Positions 54,523 through 64,000 of a DNA stretch of 64,000 bases are shown piece by piece. Source of the DNA: Picochlorum sp. SENEW3 (lineage: Eukaryota); contig CP120460.1 in NCBI GenBank assembly GCA_034226945.1, positions 744,001 through 808,000 on the forward strand, read 5' to 3'. The position numbers were made by a program, and so were the translations under genes. Within the stretch, counting starts at the first letter, position 1, and the number at the start of each line of letters is the position of its first letter. The notes below the pieces were generated by a model. The model did no database searches and had not been told where the DNA came from. It worked only from the letters and a program-made list of their open reading frames with translations.

Positions 54523-55381
54523 TTACTCATCATTGCAAAGTGATAATAAAACAGATTTGAACCTCTGAAGGTCGCTTTTTCGACCACTGGTCGAACCAAA
54601 ATCAATAAAATCTACTGTTTTCCGCCACTGCTCCTTACTAAATACCGTACCGTCATTTTCATCATCATCATTGCGGCCGTGGTGCTTTGCCTTGATCCAG
54701 TCATTTTGTACAGGTTTCGTTTCTTCTCGCTCTTCTTCTTCAGGCTCAGGCATGGCCATTGGCTGTTGCTCCTCCAGTCCTGGAATATCCACAACCCAAG
54801 GCTCCCCTGGCTCACTTGAAACTACATAATTCTCTCCCTCCACCTGACTAGCATCATACACCTTATCAAACTGATTCTTGCTGGGATCTAAATGAGCACA
54901 GGCAAAATGACGGTCAAGCCCATGATACGAACCAGACCAGGAGGAAATGCGAATCCCTGTGCACTGGGACAAGGTTGGCCCCGTTGCACAATACAGTCCA
55001 AACGAGCAGTTGCTGCATTCTTTCGCCTGAAACTGCTGCGATGCCACCGCAACATGACAGTTTGAGCAATCTTGAAAGAGTGCTGGCCCATCCACTGGTC
55101 CAATGAAGATTTGACAGTTGACACAGTGGAACACTTCAACTTCAGAAGCGTAGTCCAAAAGATACACCGTGCAATCTGTCAGGTTCTTCAGCGTCACTCC
55201 CTCTCTGTATTACAGATATACAAAAGTTAGTACAAAGGTGAAATCCTCATCCTCCAGATGCAACGCACCCGTCGATTGAACCTGGGAGCTTGATCAACGT
55301 CTCCCCAGCGTTGCCAGCGTATTTGATCGGATTCGCATCCGATAGAGGAGATGTCAGATTAGCTAGAGCTTCTTCCTCCAT
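54523..55381 (-). CDS. RP2/TBCC (C-CAP/cofactor C) domain protein with clathrin-light-chain-like C-terminus, 2 exons
   Basis: Exon 1 MEEEA..LIKLPGSIDG. Exon 2 has beta-helix repeats DCTVYLLD..CVNCQIFIGP..DCSNC..ASQQF..CAT.P, and N.FDKVYD. Confidence 0.78.
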
Positions 55382-55746
55382 TTTTATTTATTATAGTGTA
55401 TCAGATGGGGAGGGAGAGACAGAAACCAGGATATCCGCTTCGGCGCGCAACATTCAAGTCAGCGCGGCCTTGCTAGATTGCTGACCAGGGATTTTCAGCC
55501 TCAACGCGAGACGATTGTCTGAGACCAGTCCTTGGATAGCAAGATCAGTGATCATAATCTTTTTTCAGACGGTGTCCGACAACAATGGCGTCGGAGACGG
55601 GGAGATTTATGGGTCGAGAGGGACCTGCCACATTCATTTGGAAGCCAGGAAATTCGTTGTGGGCACCCCATATTGCGGCCACCATTCGTTAGACTGGCGG
55701 CTGATTCCCGCTCTACCATCCTGCTGGATAGGAGACGGCCAATCAC

Positions 55747-55847
55747 GCACCTATAACTCAGTTGGTTAGAGTGTCGGTCTTATGGCGGTAAGGATGTTGT
55801 CCTTCCAAGGTAGCCGGAAGTCGGCGGTTCGAGCCCGCCTAGGTGCA
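55747..55847 (+). tRNA. tRNA-Ile (anticodon UAU) with 27-nt canonical intron (55785-55811)
   Basis: Acceptor stem GCACCTA/TAGGTGC+A, D arm ACTC..GAGT, anticodon loop CT-TAT-G|A, T arm GGCGG-TTCGAGC-CCGCC. Mature length 74 nt, with a T-run just downstream. Confidence 0.92.
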
Positions 55848-55956
55848 ACTGATGATTTCTTTTGCTCTTCAAAACTCCAAAGAAAAAGAATCAATGCATG
55901 ACGATGAACTACTCAAAAAGTCAACACAATGCTGAATGAAAGAGTGCATAACAATA

Positions 55957-58164
55957 TCAGACAGAGTCGAAAACCACCCTGAACTTGGCAAACACATATT
56001 TGTAGTTTGCTTGATAAAAATTGCGAAATGACCTTCTGACCATGGATGAATGTGTGTATGGGGAGCTTCCCTTGAGGGTGTAATGGATTCCATCGAAAAA
56101 GTCTGTGGAATACTCTGGGTATCCAGGATCGGGTTGGAAGCCAGGGAATGGAGCAAACTCGCTGTTAGTCCACTCCCATCCTCCGCCCTCGAGATTGCTC
56201 CAGTTTGTTGTTGTGGAACAATTCCTGATTCCCATCTGCTCCGTGGCGGACGCATACTCATATTCTGTCATGATACGGCCATGCTTCCAGGCCGCATATG
56301 CGATGGCTTCTTTCAGGGATACATACACTGGCTGGTCGATGACGTCCTCTGCTCTATAGGTTGCTTCTGGCATATGGATGCTGTATTGGGAGGAGGAATT
56401 CATAGACCACGTGGCTGGCAAGCCATTGCATTTTTCATCTTGCAAATAGACGATATACTCACCTACTGTGACCGGATGAGAACACATATTGAACGCTTCC
56501 ACGTGGCGGGTCGATGTGCCATACTCATTATCCCAATGAAACACGCCGTCCTGGTGACGCTTGACACCCAACCTCACAGTGTATGCAGGGACATGAACGA
56601 CCTCCTGAGTACTGGCGCACGCCTGAAGAGCATTTTGATACACTGCATGATTGAAATAAAATCCCCTGCTAGAGTTTTTCATGCATAGGTCACCATTAGA
56701 AGCATTCTCCTTCCTAAGTTGCGCAAGCATGTAGCACAAGGTTTCCTGGTGCATTCGTTCATGTTCCAAACACATGCACAGTTGATGCATGTCCAGCGAT
56801 GTCTCCAGGTACTTTCTCATGACCTGTCGAGCATGCTCAACATACTCGATAACCTTGCCTTTTGAAGGCCACGCATCAGGAACCTCTGGATGGGGATGGC
56901 ACACCTCTGGAGTATCAACGCAAGGATCAATCCCTCGAGAAAACATCATGTCCAGATCTGTTTCTCCTTCGTTTGACATTCTGCTCTTTGAAAATGACGC
57001 TAGATGTCCGTAATAAAACAGAAATGGGTGCCGTAGATCAATCGGCTGTGCATTCCAGTCCGCAATATGCGAAAAGAGGACATCTGTATCCCTCCAGCAC
57101 TGTTCCAAGGCTGTCTGGGGACTGCAGAGAAGCTGTACACGGAACATTGACGACTTCCAAGAAGAGCTCACGACCAACCCTGATGCATGAATAATGGACA
57201 AAAGATCGTCATCTCGAAACTTGCGACTGATTTCCACGAGCAGCTTTTCACCACAGGAAATCTCCGTCTCCCATGCAGCAGGAAGAACAAGTCTCTGTTT
57301 GGCCTTTACCCACATCTCCACTTGTGTCAGTGTCCGGTTCACGCGAGGCTCGTATTCCCACAGTGACTGCGCACACTCATTCTTCAACGGGTGATTGCAG
57401 CATCGCAATACATGCATCATCCCATTACAGATGAAATCCCTGGTGACCCCTTGAGAATCATTGTACGCAGCATACAAAACGTCTTCATTCTTCCACACAT
57501 CCGACCCCAACAGTATCATCGAGTTCCTATTCAACCCTGAAAAAGCAACTTTTAGAAATTCAATCGACTCATCCCTCGTAAAATTCCCAATAGAACTCCC
57601 CAACCACAGCACACACAGAGGAGCATCCCCAAATTTCATCTGTGCCTCATTCAGACCCTGCATGTACTCTGCCTCAACCAAATGAATATTCTTCTCAGGG
57701 AGCCCATCACACAGGTCTCGTAGACACGCCTCCGCCTGCCTCAAAGCTTCCCTCGACACATCAATAGCAACGTATCGCACAGCGTGCTCACCGCGCCTGG
57801 CAATCATACTGTTCAAAAGCAAACACGTTTTCGAACAGTCACCTGCACCTAATTCTACAATAACCGCCCCATCTGGAATGCTGTCCACAATATCATCAGA
57901 GAATTCATTTAAAATCTCTTTCTCTGCCTGATATGGGTAATATTCCTTCAGCGAAGTGATCTTTTCAAACAGCTGGGACCCAGCAGAATCGTAAAGCAGC
58001 TTGAATGGAATCTTTTTGTAGGGTTTTTCACACAACCCTTTGATTAAATCATCATCGATATCAACACAACCATTTCCATCCCCCTGTGCACCGAGGCAAT
58101 CGTTCTGTGCTCCCTGGTGAGCAGCGTCCTGCGTTGGACACGTTTGTACTCGTACAGAGTTCAT
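55957..58164 (-). CDS. EGT1: Egt1-type ergothioneine biosynthesis fusion (EgtD histidine methyltransferase + EgtB-like sulfoxide synthase, DinB/FGE domains)
   Basis: LYDSAGSQLFEKIT..EYY, VELGAG, WLGSSIGN, AYNDSQGVT..F, EISRKF, then LRHPFLFYYGH, GIDP..CHPH, EHERMHQE, GWEWT, YPEYS.DFFDG.H, RRSFRNFYQ. Confidence 0.9.
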   Translation of the reverse strand: MNSVRVQTCPTQDAAHQGAQNDCLGAQGDGNGCVDIDDDLIKGLCEKPYKKIPFKLLYDSAGSQLFEKITSLKEYYPYQAEKEILNEFSDDIVDSIPDGAVIVELGAGDCSKTCLLLNSMIARRGEHAVRYVAIDVSREALRQAEACLRDLCDGLPEKNIHLVEAEYMQGLNEAQMKFGDAPLCVLWLGSSIGNFTRDESIEFLKVAFSGLNRNSMILLGSDVWKNEDVLYAAYNDSQGVTRDFICNGMMHVLRCCNHPLKNECAQSLWEYEPRVNRTLTQVEMWVKAKQRLVLPAAWETEISCGEKLLVEISRKFRDDDLLSIIHASGLVVSSSWKSSMFRVQLLCSPQTALEQCWRDTDVLFSHIADWNAQPIDLRHPFLFYYGHLASFSKSRMSNEGETDLDMMFSRGIDPCVDTPEVCHPHPEVPDAWPSKGKVIEYVEHARQVMRKYLETSLDMHQLCMCLEHERMHQETLCYMLAQLRKENASNGDLCMKNSSRGFYFNHAVYQNALQACASTQEVVHVPAYTVRLGVKRHQDGVFHWDNEYGTSTRHVEAFNMCSHPVTVGEYIVYLQDEKCNGLPATWSMNSSSQYSIHMPEATYRAEDVIDQPVYVSLKEAIAYAAWKHGRIMTEYEYASATEQMGIRNCSTTTNWSNLEGGGWEWTNSEFAPFPGFQPDPGYPEYSTDFFDGIHYTLKGSSPYTHSSMVRRSFRNFYQANYKYVFAKFRVVFDSV

Positions 58165-58210
58165 ATTGCGCTCTGATATGCTTACAAAATGAATAAACTA
58201 TGCTAGATTA

Positions 58211-58813
58211 CTATTCAGGAATAAATTCCACATGGCGCAACACATGACCGGTTGACGTGCTGGATTCCACATCCACCTTGACTCGTTGATCTGCCATATT
58301 TCCCTGACCCACATTCATGATGAAATGGTGCACCACTTTGCCCCCATTCTCATCAGTCTTGGAAGCTCGTACGAGTTTCTTCAACTGAAATGGAGCCAAC
58401 GAATTGCTCTGCTGTGACAGCATTTCCAGGGCAAAGCTGACAGCAGCATCCACCCCTGGATCCTGGATGGATTCTACATCTGATGCCCCACTCGAATCCA
58501 CTGCTTTGATCGAAGTAACTTCAAATCCACCTCCATACACAGGAAGTTTCTGCCATACGTGTGCCTCGTAGAAATTCTCGCCTCTCGAATCGCCAACAAT
58601 GACTTTCCAGTTGGTCCCAGCGACCACTTGGCTCTCTGCCTTGAGGATTTTCAACGCCCCATCCGTATGCCCTATTTTCGAAGCGACGGCGTCGATAATT
58701 CCTCTATATACCACACCAGACTCGTCCCCACCGATACTATTCGTCGATGCATCCACATGAGCGTCGGAGAATCCTCCAGCCAATGGACCTTCGCCTCGTT
58801 GAAGCAAACCCAT
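58211..58813 (-). CDS. C-terminally extended (two-domain) phytocystatin
   Basis: LAGG, SQVVAGTNW (QxVxG), HVWQK; second domain with SQQSNSL. First in-frame ATG is at 58813. Confidence 0.85.
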   Translation of the reverse strand: MGLLQRGEGPLAGGFSDAHVDASTNSIGGDESGVVYRGIIDAVASKIGHTDGALKILKAESQVVAGTNWKVIVGDSRGENFYEAHVWQKLPVYGGGFEVTSIKAVDSSGASDVESIQDPGVDAAVSFALEMLSQQSNSLAPFQLKKLVRASKTDENGGKVVHHFIMNVGQGNMADQRVKVDVESSTSTGHVLRHVEFIPE

Positions 58814-61276
58814 CGTGGCTGTGATAAGTAATAGTACAGATAGAATGCCTACAAATATATATTTGAAATAGGGAAGTAAAGTGCCCCACTCTCGTGTGTC
58901 AGCCGAGCAGAGTTGTATCGGAAACCCAGGCAAGACTGATCCGACGCTTCGTCGCTGCTGCTTCCCCTCCACGAGTATCGGTTGTTGCTCAATTTTTTTC
59001 CTGTTTCTTATTACAATTGTATAGTATTTTTTTGGTGTGAAATGACTCTGCAAGGCGTCGCAGCTTTCACCCGACTTTGAGCATTCCTTGCTCAGCAAGG
59101 ATGTGTCACAATATTGACGCTCTCATTGGCGCATATGTATACATATATCACGCATAATGTAGATGAATTATCTTCTTAATGCTTTTGTTTGTCATACGAG
59201 ACCAAAGGGTGATTGAGACGGGACAGGATGCTTGTACTCTGCCACACGAATGCATGAATGTGACCTGAGGACTTGGCAATAAAGAGATTGGTACGACATG
59301 AACTGTTGTTAGCTGCTGATTTACAATAGCTTGAGCTCAGACTGCTTGGGCAGGAACTCAATGATATAGGTTCAGAACACGTGTGTGCGTTGTATCACTT
59401 TAGATGTTAGTACAAGTTACAATAGTTACTTGCTTATATCTCTTCGTTGACTGTTATTGTTATCTCAATGCTTATATACCTTGGCAACCATCATGAGTAA
59501 ATGGCTGTTCTAATTTAGATGATTTAAGACGTAACAACTGTACACGTGTACACTTTCCACGGGTGGTCCGAATCTGTAATAGCGTGCACTGAACGTCCTG
59601 AGACTGATGATTAGGTTCGGTTGGCTGACGGTCCACACCGTAGTAGAGACTGAACTATCCTGGTATCCTGGTAACACAGGCCTTGATTATAATGTGTTAG
59701 GGCGGATCAAGTCGATTGTGGGATTTCTATTAGGGACTTTGAAAAAGTCCTATGGGGGAGCGGGGCATCTTTTAGTAACTGATAATTTGATAAAGGTGCC
59801 AAGCCGGCATCCAATCGCCTCTTAAAGTCTCTGAATCCATGCGTATGCATATCCTAGTGCACAACCGTCATAAACATGGTCGCTTGGCTGATCCTGTGTG
59901 GAGGAATCTTGTCTGGATCACTGTCCATGGCATGTCCTCTGTACGGGCCTTGTACCCCAAATCCCTGGCGAATTTTGCCAGGTTCATCATCCCCGAATAC
60001 TCTCATGATGCACCAAGATATACAGCATGTGCATTTGGTATTCGATTTCACGCCAGATACGAGAGAGATGTCGACACAAGGCAAAATTCAAGCATCCTCT
60101 GACCATATTCTTTTCATTCACCATGATTTCTGCTGTTTCCTTCGCCCCAAACCCAATTCATTGATTCAATACCTCAAAAAGGCAAATATGTTATATGCTG
60201 TGAAAATCCTTGAAAATGGACCCACTTCGGGGTGTCTCTGTGGCAGATCTGAAGCTGAGATGCAGATCCAGGCTTTGCCATATATTATCATTATTGAGGC
60301 TTTCCCCGGGTACGTAATGACATTTGCCGGTGTGTAGGATGTTTGAATGCATCAAAAGGGTTGACTAAAGCCCACGTAGAGTGGATTTGGCTCAAATTAT
60401 CACTTTACAAAATCATGTCCAATTCTGAGAAAATCCTAATTAATTAGTGTGGGTTACAGCCTCATCGTGGTGGCGTGCAGTTATAGCTTGGATGATATTC
60501 GACGACAGATCTTCAAGGCCTCGGCAGACGCTACATCTGCCCAATTTATTGACACCCTCATCAGCACATTCAATGAGGTATTAGATGCTTATAAAGATAG
60601 CCTTTCTCCCGGGTCGGTAGCTCAGACATGTCTCCCCATCATTCGTTGGCGAGATTCTGAGCACCGCTGGGAACTTGCCAGGTAGTTTGTGCCTACTGTG
60701 GGTATTCTCACCCCTTGTACTAGCTTCTTTTCCCCTCTTTCGGTTGCCTCAGACCTCAGTTTTTACTATTGGATAGCTACTTCTCGCTGGAAACTTGTGT
60801 TTTTATGGTACTCTGGATCAAGGTCGTTTATGACAGTTTTACCTGCTAGAGTTACTCTGACACTGGTCTCCTCCCTGTATTAGTGGGTTGATTACAGGTG
60901 GAGTCGTATCTCGAGTTGAATCAATAGCGTAGATTTATTTGCCACTGCATTTGTTTTCTCTGTTTTCTTATTTTTTTTCCTCTTCGCCAATGATGTCTGG
61001 AGTGGGGCCTCCGACGGACGAATTCCTCCGTCGACCGGGAACTCCCAGGCTGATGCTGTAATCCTATGGGCGGGGCCGTCCCTACGGTTATCACGGCCGG
61101 CCTGTGGGGCGGGGCTAATGGTGGCCACAATCGACTTGATCCGCCCTTACAGAATCTCATCATGTTCCGCGTAAGATTTGATCCACACACAATCCACGAT
61201 TCAGAAGAACAAATATTCAGCCATTTTTGTACTATCGGATCAATTTGAATTCACAACAGGACAATTGTATAACACC

Positions 61277-61798
61277 ATGGTATTCGTATCTGCACAGAAG
61301 GTATCTGCCAACGTTACCGTCGTTGCCGGTTGCAAGGTCCAAGCGCCTCACAAGGTAGAAATGTCGTCATGTATCTGTGATTCAAATATATGCTTTCATA
61401 GGGAATCTATTGTGTGGTTATTATGCACGCAGGTGGCTGCTAGACCGGACAAGGCAGTCCATAACAAGTTGGTGTCCATGACAGTGGGAGCTGTTGCTGC
61501 CGGCCTGTGCATCGCCTCCCCTGTGATGGCTTCAAACTTGCAGCTAGGCGAGGAGATTTTCTCAAACAATTGTGCTGCATGCCACACTGGTGGCCAAAAT
61601 ATTGTTCAGGTTGAGAAGACGCTTCAGAAGCCTGCCTTGGAGCAGTACTTGGATGGAGGCTTGTCTGAAGCCAGTATTGTCACACAGGCAACAAATGGAA
61701 AGGGTGCCATGCCTGCATTTGGGGATAGCTTGTCCGAGGAAGAGATTCAAGCTGTCGCGTCGTATGTGTACAACCAGGCAACAAATGACTTGTGGTAA
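61277..61798 (+). CDS. petJ: Cytochrome c6, thylakoid lumen, 2 exons
   Basis: Bipartite targeting peptide, CAACH heme motif, KTL, NGKGAMPAF (axial Met). Intron 61355-61432. Confidence 0.92.
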   Translation: MVFVSAQKVSANVTVVAGCKVQAPHKVEMSSCICDSNICFHRESIVWLLCTQVAARPDKAVHNKLVSMTVGAVAAGLCIASPVMASNLQLGEEIFSNNCAACHTGGQNIVQVEKTLQKPALEQYLDGGLSEASIVTQATNGKGAMPAFGDSLSEEEIQAVASYVYNQATNDLW

Positions 61799-61924
61799 TT
61801 ATGGAGTACTGTACCCTGTATTACATTTCATGTGATGCGTCGTAGCCATTATTGCACATAAAACTCCCAATTTTTTGTAAATATCTTGGTTACAAGTAGT
61901 AGTATATTATAGAGGAGCATGTAA

Positions 61925-62986
61925 TCATCCCTGCAAGCATTCAAATGCAAGGGCCTTTTCTTCCACAAGCTCATCCCCTGTAATTTTCATCTTCTCCGCA
62001 GAGGCATCATTGATAGTCAAGCCCTGTACAATAGACCACTTGCCATCCTTGCATGTGCAAGGAAATGAGTACATGATATCCTTTGGAGCACCATAGCTAC
62101 CATCACTCAGCACACCCATGGACACCCAGGTACCATCTGGGGTTCCCAGCACCCAATCCCTCAAATGATCGCATGCCGAGGATCCAGCCGATAATGCCGA
62201 TGAGAGGCCTCGAGCCTTGATAATAGCCGCACCTCTCTGCTGCACTGTTGTGATAAACTCCCCATCCAACCATGCGTCATCCTTGATCACATCCCTGGCA
62301 GGTGCCCCGTCGATCGTTGCATGATTCACATCTGGGTACTGCGTACTGGAATGATTGCCCCAGATAATCGTGTTCTTCACCTTGGAAATATGCACGCCTG
62401 AGCGAACAGACAACTGTCCCATGGCCCTGTTGTGATCCAACCTCGTCATACATGTGATGTTCTCTGGTGGAATAGAAGGAGCGTGCTCCTTCAATATAAG
62501 GGCATTTGTGTTTGCTGGATTCGCCACGACAACCACCTTGACATCTTTCTTCGAAAATCTCTCCAATGCAGAAGCCTGGCCTTTGTAGATTGCCACATTC
62601 TTTGACATGACGTCTTTGCGCTCCATCCCTGCCTTTCTGGGGAATCCTCCCACCAATATCGCATAATCAGCATCCTTAAATGCCACTTCTGGATCAGTTG
62701 TCGCAATCACATCGGTAAGGAGAGGAAATGCAGAATCGATCAGTTCCATCTTCACCCCCTCCAATGCCGTTTTCGCTGGTTCAATATCAAGCATATGCAA
62801 AATGACTGGCTGATCTGGTCCCAATGCAGCACCACGGGCAATCTGTGGGCAAATTGCATATCCAATTTGACCTGCAATGGGAAAATGTATCCCGTATCAT
62901 TGTGGGAAGAGTCACGTCATGAATCAGGGCAGAAAAAGCATACCAGCAGCTCCAGTGACAACGATTCTCTTTACTTCTTTCACCAT
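61925..62986 (-). CDS. MDH: Cytosolic NAD-malate dehydrogenase, 2 exons
   Basis: [62 protein letters not shown]. Confidence 0.95.
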
Positions 62987-63499
62987 ATTGATAGATTGAA
63001 TGGAATGAATAAAATCTAACAAAGGGTTTGGGTTATTGACCGCCTCCATCATACCTCGTGACGAGGTCATCCTAATTGTATTTATTTAAGGACTCGAACG
63101 TTGAGTCCACTCGCCGAGTGGGACTCGCTCTCTTGAGGGCTTCATGCTTTTCTTAGTCCATGTCCACTCTTCGGCCTCGTTCTTCGTGCCCAGTGCATCA
63201 TTTGACCTTAAAGTGCTATCACATTCTACAGCATGATATAAGGTTTCATAATATGTGTGTTTCCAGAAACATAATCCACTACAGAGGGAGAAAAGGTCCT
63301 TGAGCTCCTCACACCCCAACGGATTTGTTCCCAACGGTGCACCGGTCACGTGACCGTGACGTCGACGTGTACTATTTACGGACGTTCGTAAACAAAAAGG
63401 CGCGTGTCGAGCGCGTGTCATGGTAAAACAGACTGAATCTTTCGGCGGGCATTGAGAATGCACAGACTGCAGGCAATAAATTCTATGAATTAGGATACA

Positions 63500-64000
63500 A
63501 TGGCTATGTCAGAGAATGTGAGCGAACCTGGGAAGGAGGAGGCGCAAGAAGGGCAGGAATGTGGTGGCAGAGAGAAGCATACGAATACCTTGAATTTGCT
63601 GGATGGGGATAATTTATCATGGATTGATTTGGATGATAAGACATTGCAGTGTCTCGTAGGGGGTATGCCTCTCCCTCAGGTGGGACAGATGGACGAGGCT
63701 GGGCCGAGTGATCCATCCAAACAAGTACACTGGATTCCGGATATGGGGAAACAGGAGTGGGAAAAGAGGAAGAGTGCTGATTCGGATGAAGTCAATGGAA
63801 AATCTAAGAAGAGTAGATCTGCGGCGGCGGTGGCGAAGGCGGATAGAGAGAAGAAGAGGAGGGAAAAACTGAACTCGTGCTTTGAGGAGTTGGCACAAGT
63901 GTGCGGAGGGGAAGGGACGGGGTATAAGACTGATAGACTGTCTATTATTGTCGACGCCATACGAGTTGTGAGGCAGTTGCGGGTAGAAGTGAACCAATTG
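63500..64000 (+). CDS. bHLH transcription factor, subgroup IVc (ILR3-like); 3' truncated by window edge
   Basis: Frame is open from ATG 63500 to the window end: AKADREKKRREKLNSCFEELAQV..KTDRLSIIVDAIRVVRQLRVEVNQL. Confidence 0.82.
   Translation, partial: MAMSENVSEPGKEEAQEGQECGGREKHTNTLNLLDGDNLSWIDLDDKTLQCLVGGMPLPQVGQMDEAGPSDPSKQVHWIPDMGKQEWEKRKSADSDEVNGKSKKSRSAAAVAKADREKKRREKLNSCFEELAQVCGGEGTGYKTDRLSIIVDAIRVVRQLRVEVNQL

Noticed and set aside
58814..59098. N-terminal extension/TM segment of the cystatin
   Set aside because: The ORF starts at TTG with no in-frame ATG before 58813, so it is likely 5' UTR with an intron.
61229..61232. GTAC copper-response element upstream of cytochrome c6
   Set aside because: A single 4-mer is expected by chance and cannot be supported without expression data.

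Overview
This is gene-dense eukaryotic nuclear DNA from a compact-genome chlorophyte. A Picochlorum-like trebouxiophyte is inferred from short GT-AG introns, TGTAA poly(A) signals, tiny intergenic gaps and plant-type genes (LESV/ESV1, BRUTUS, DEL-type E2F, cytochrome c6, bHLH IVc). The window holds about 31 protein genes and one intron-containing tRNA-Ile(UAU). There is no CRISPR array, rRNA or intact transposon. The most notable items are: (1) a receptor kinase whose ectodomain looks like bacterial-type CBM2+CBM3 cellulose-binding modules, lying head-to-head with a small secreted 10-Cys protein; (2) a ~4.4 kb segment (21187-25545) bracketed by a ~200-bp direct repeat, carrying a secreted DUF1996-GH16-CBM14 chimeric glucanase and a captured mosaic 512-bp fragment of the neighbouring BRUTUS gene; (3) fungal-style genes (KRE6/SKN1 GH16, Egt1 ergothioneine fusion); (4) probable pseudo-enzymes (a COQ7-like protein lacking iron ligands; an RP2/TBCC protein lacking the Arg finger and ending in a clathrin-light-chain-like motif); (5) recurrent chains of overlapping palindromes in intergenic DNA; (6) two Moco genes one gene apart. 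All family calls come from motif recognition by eye, not database searches, and exon boundaries were inferred manually.
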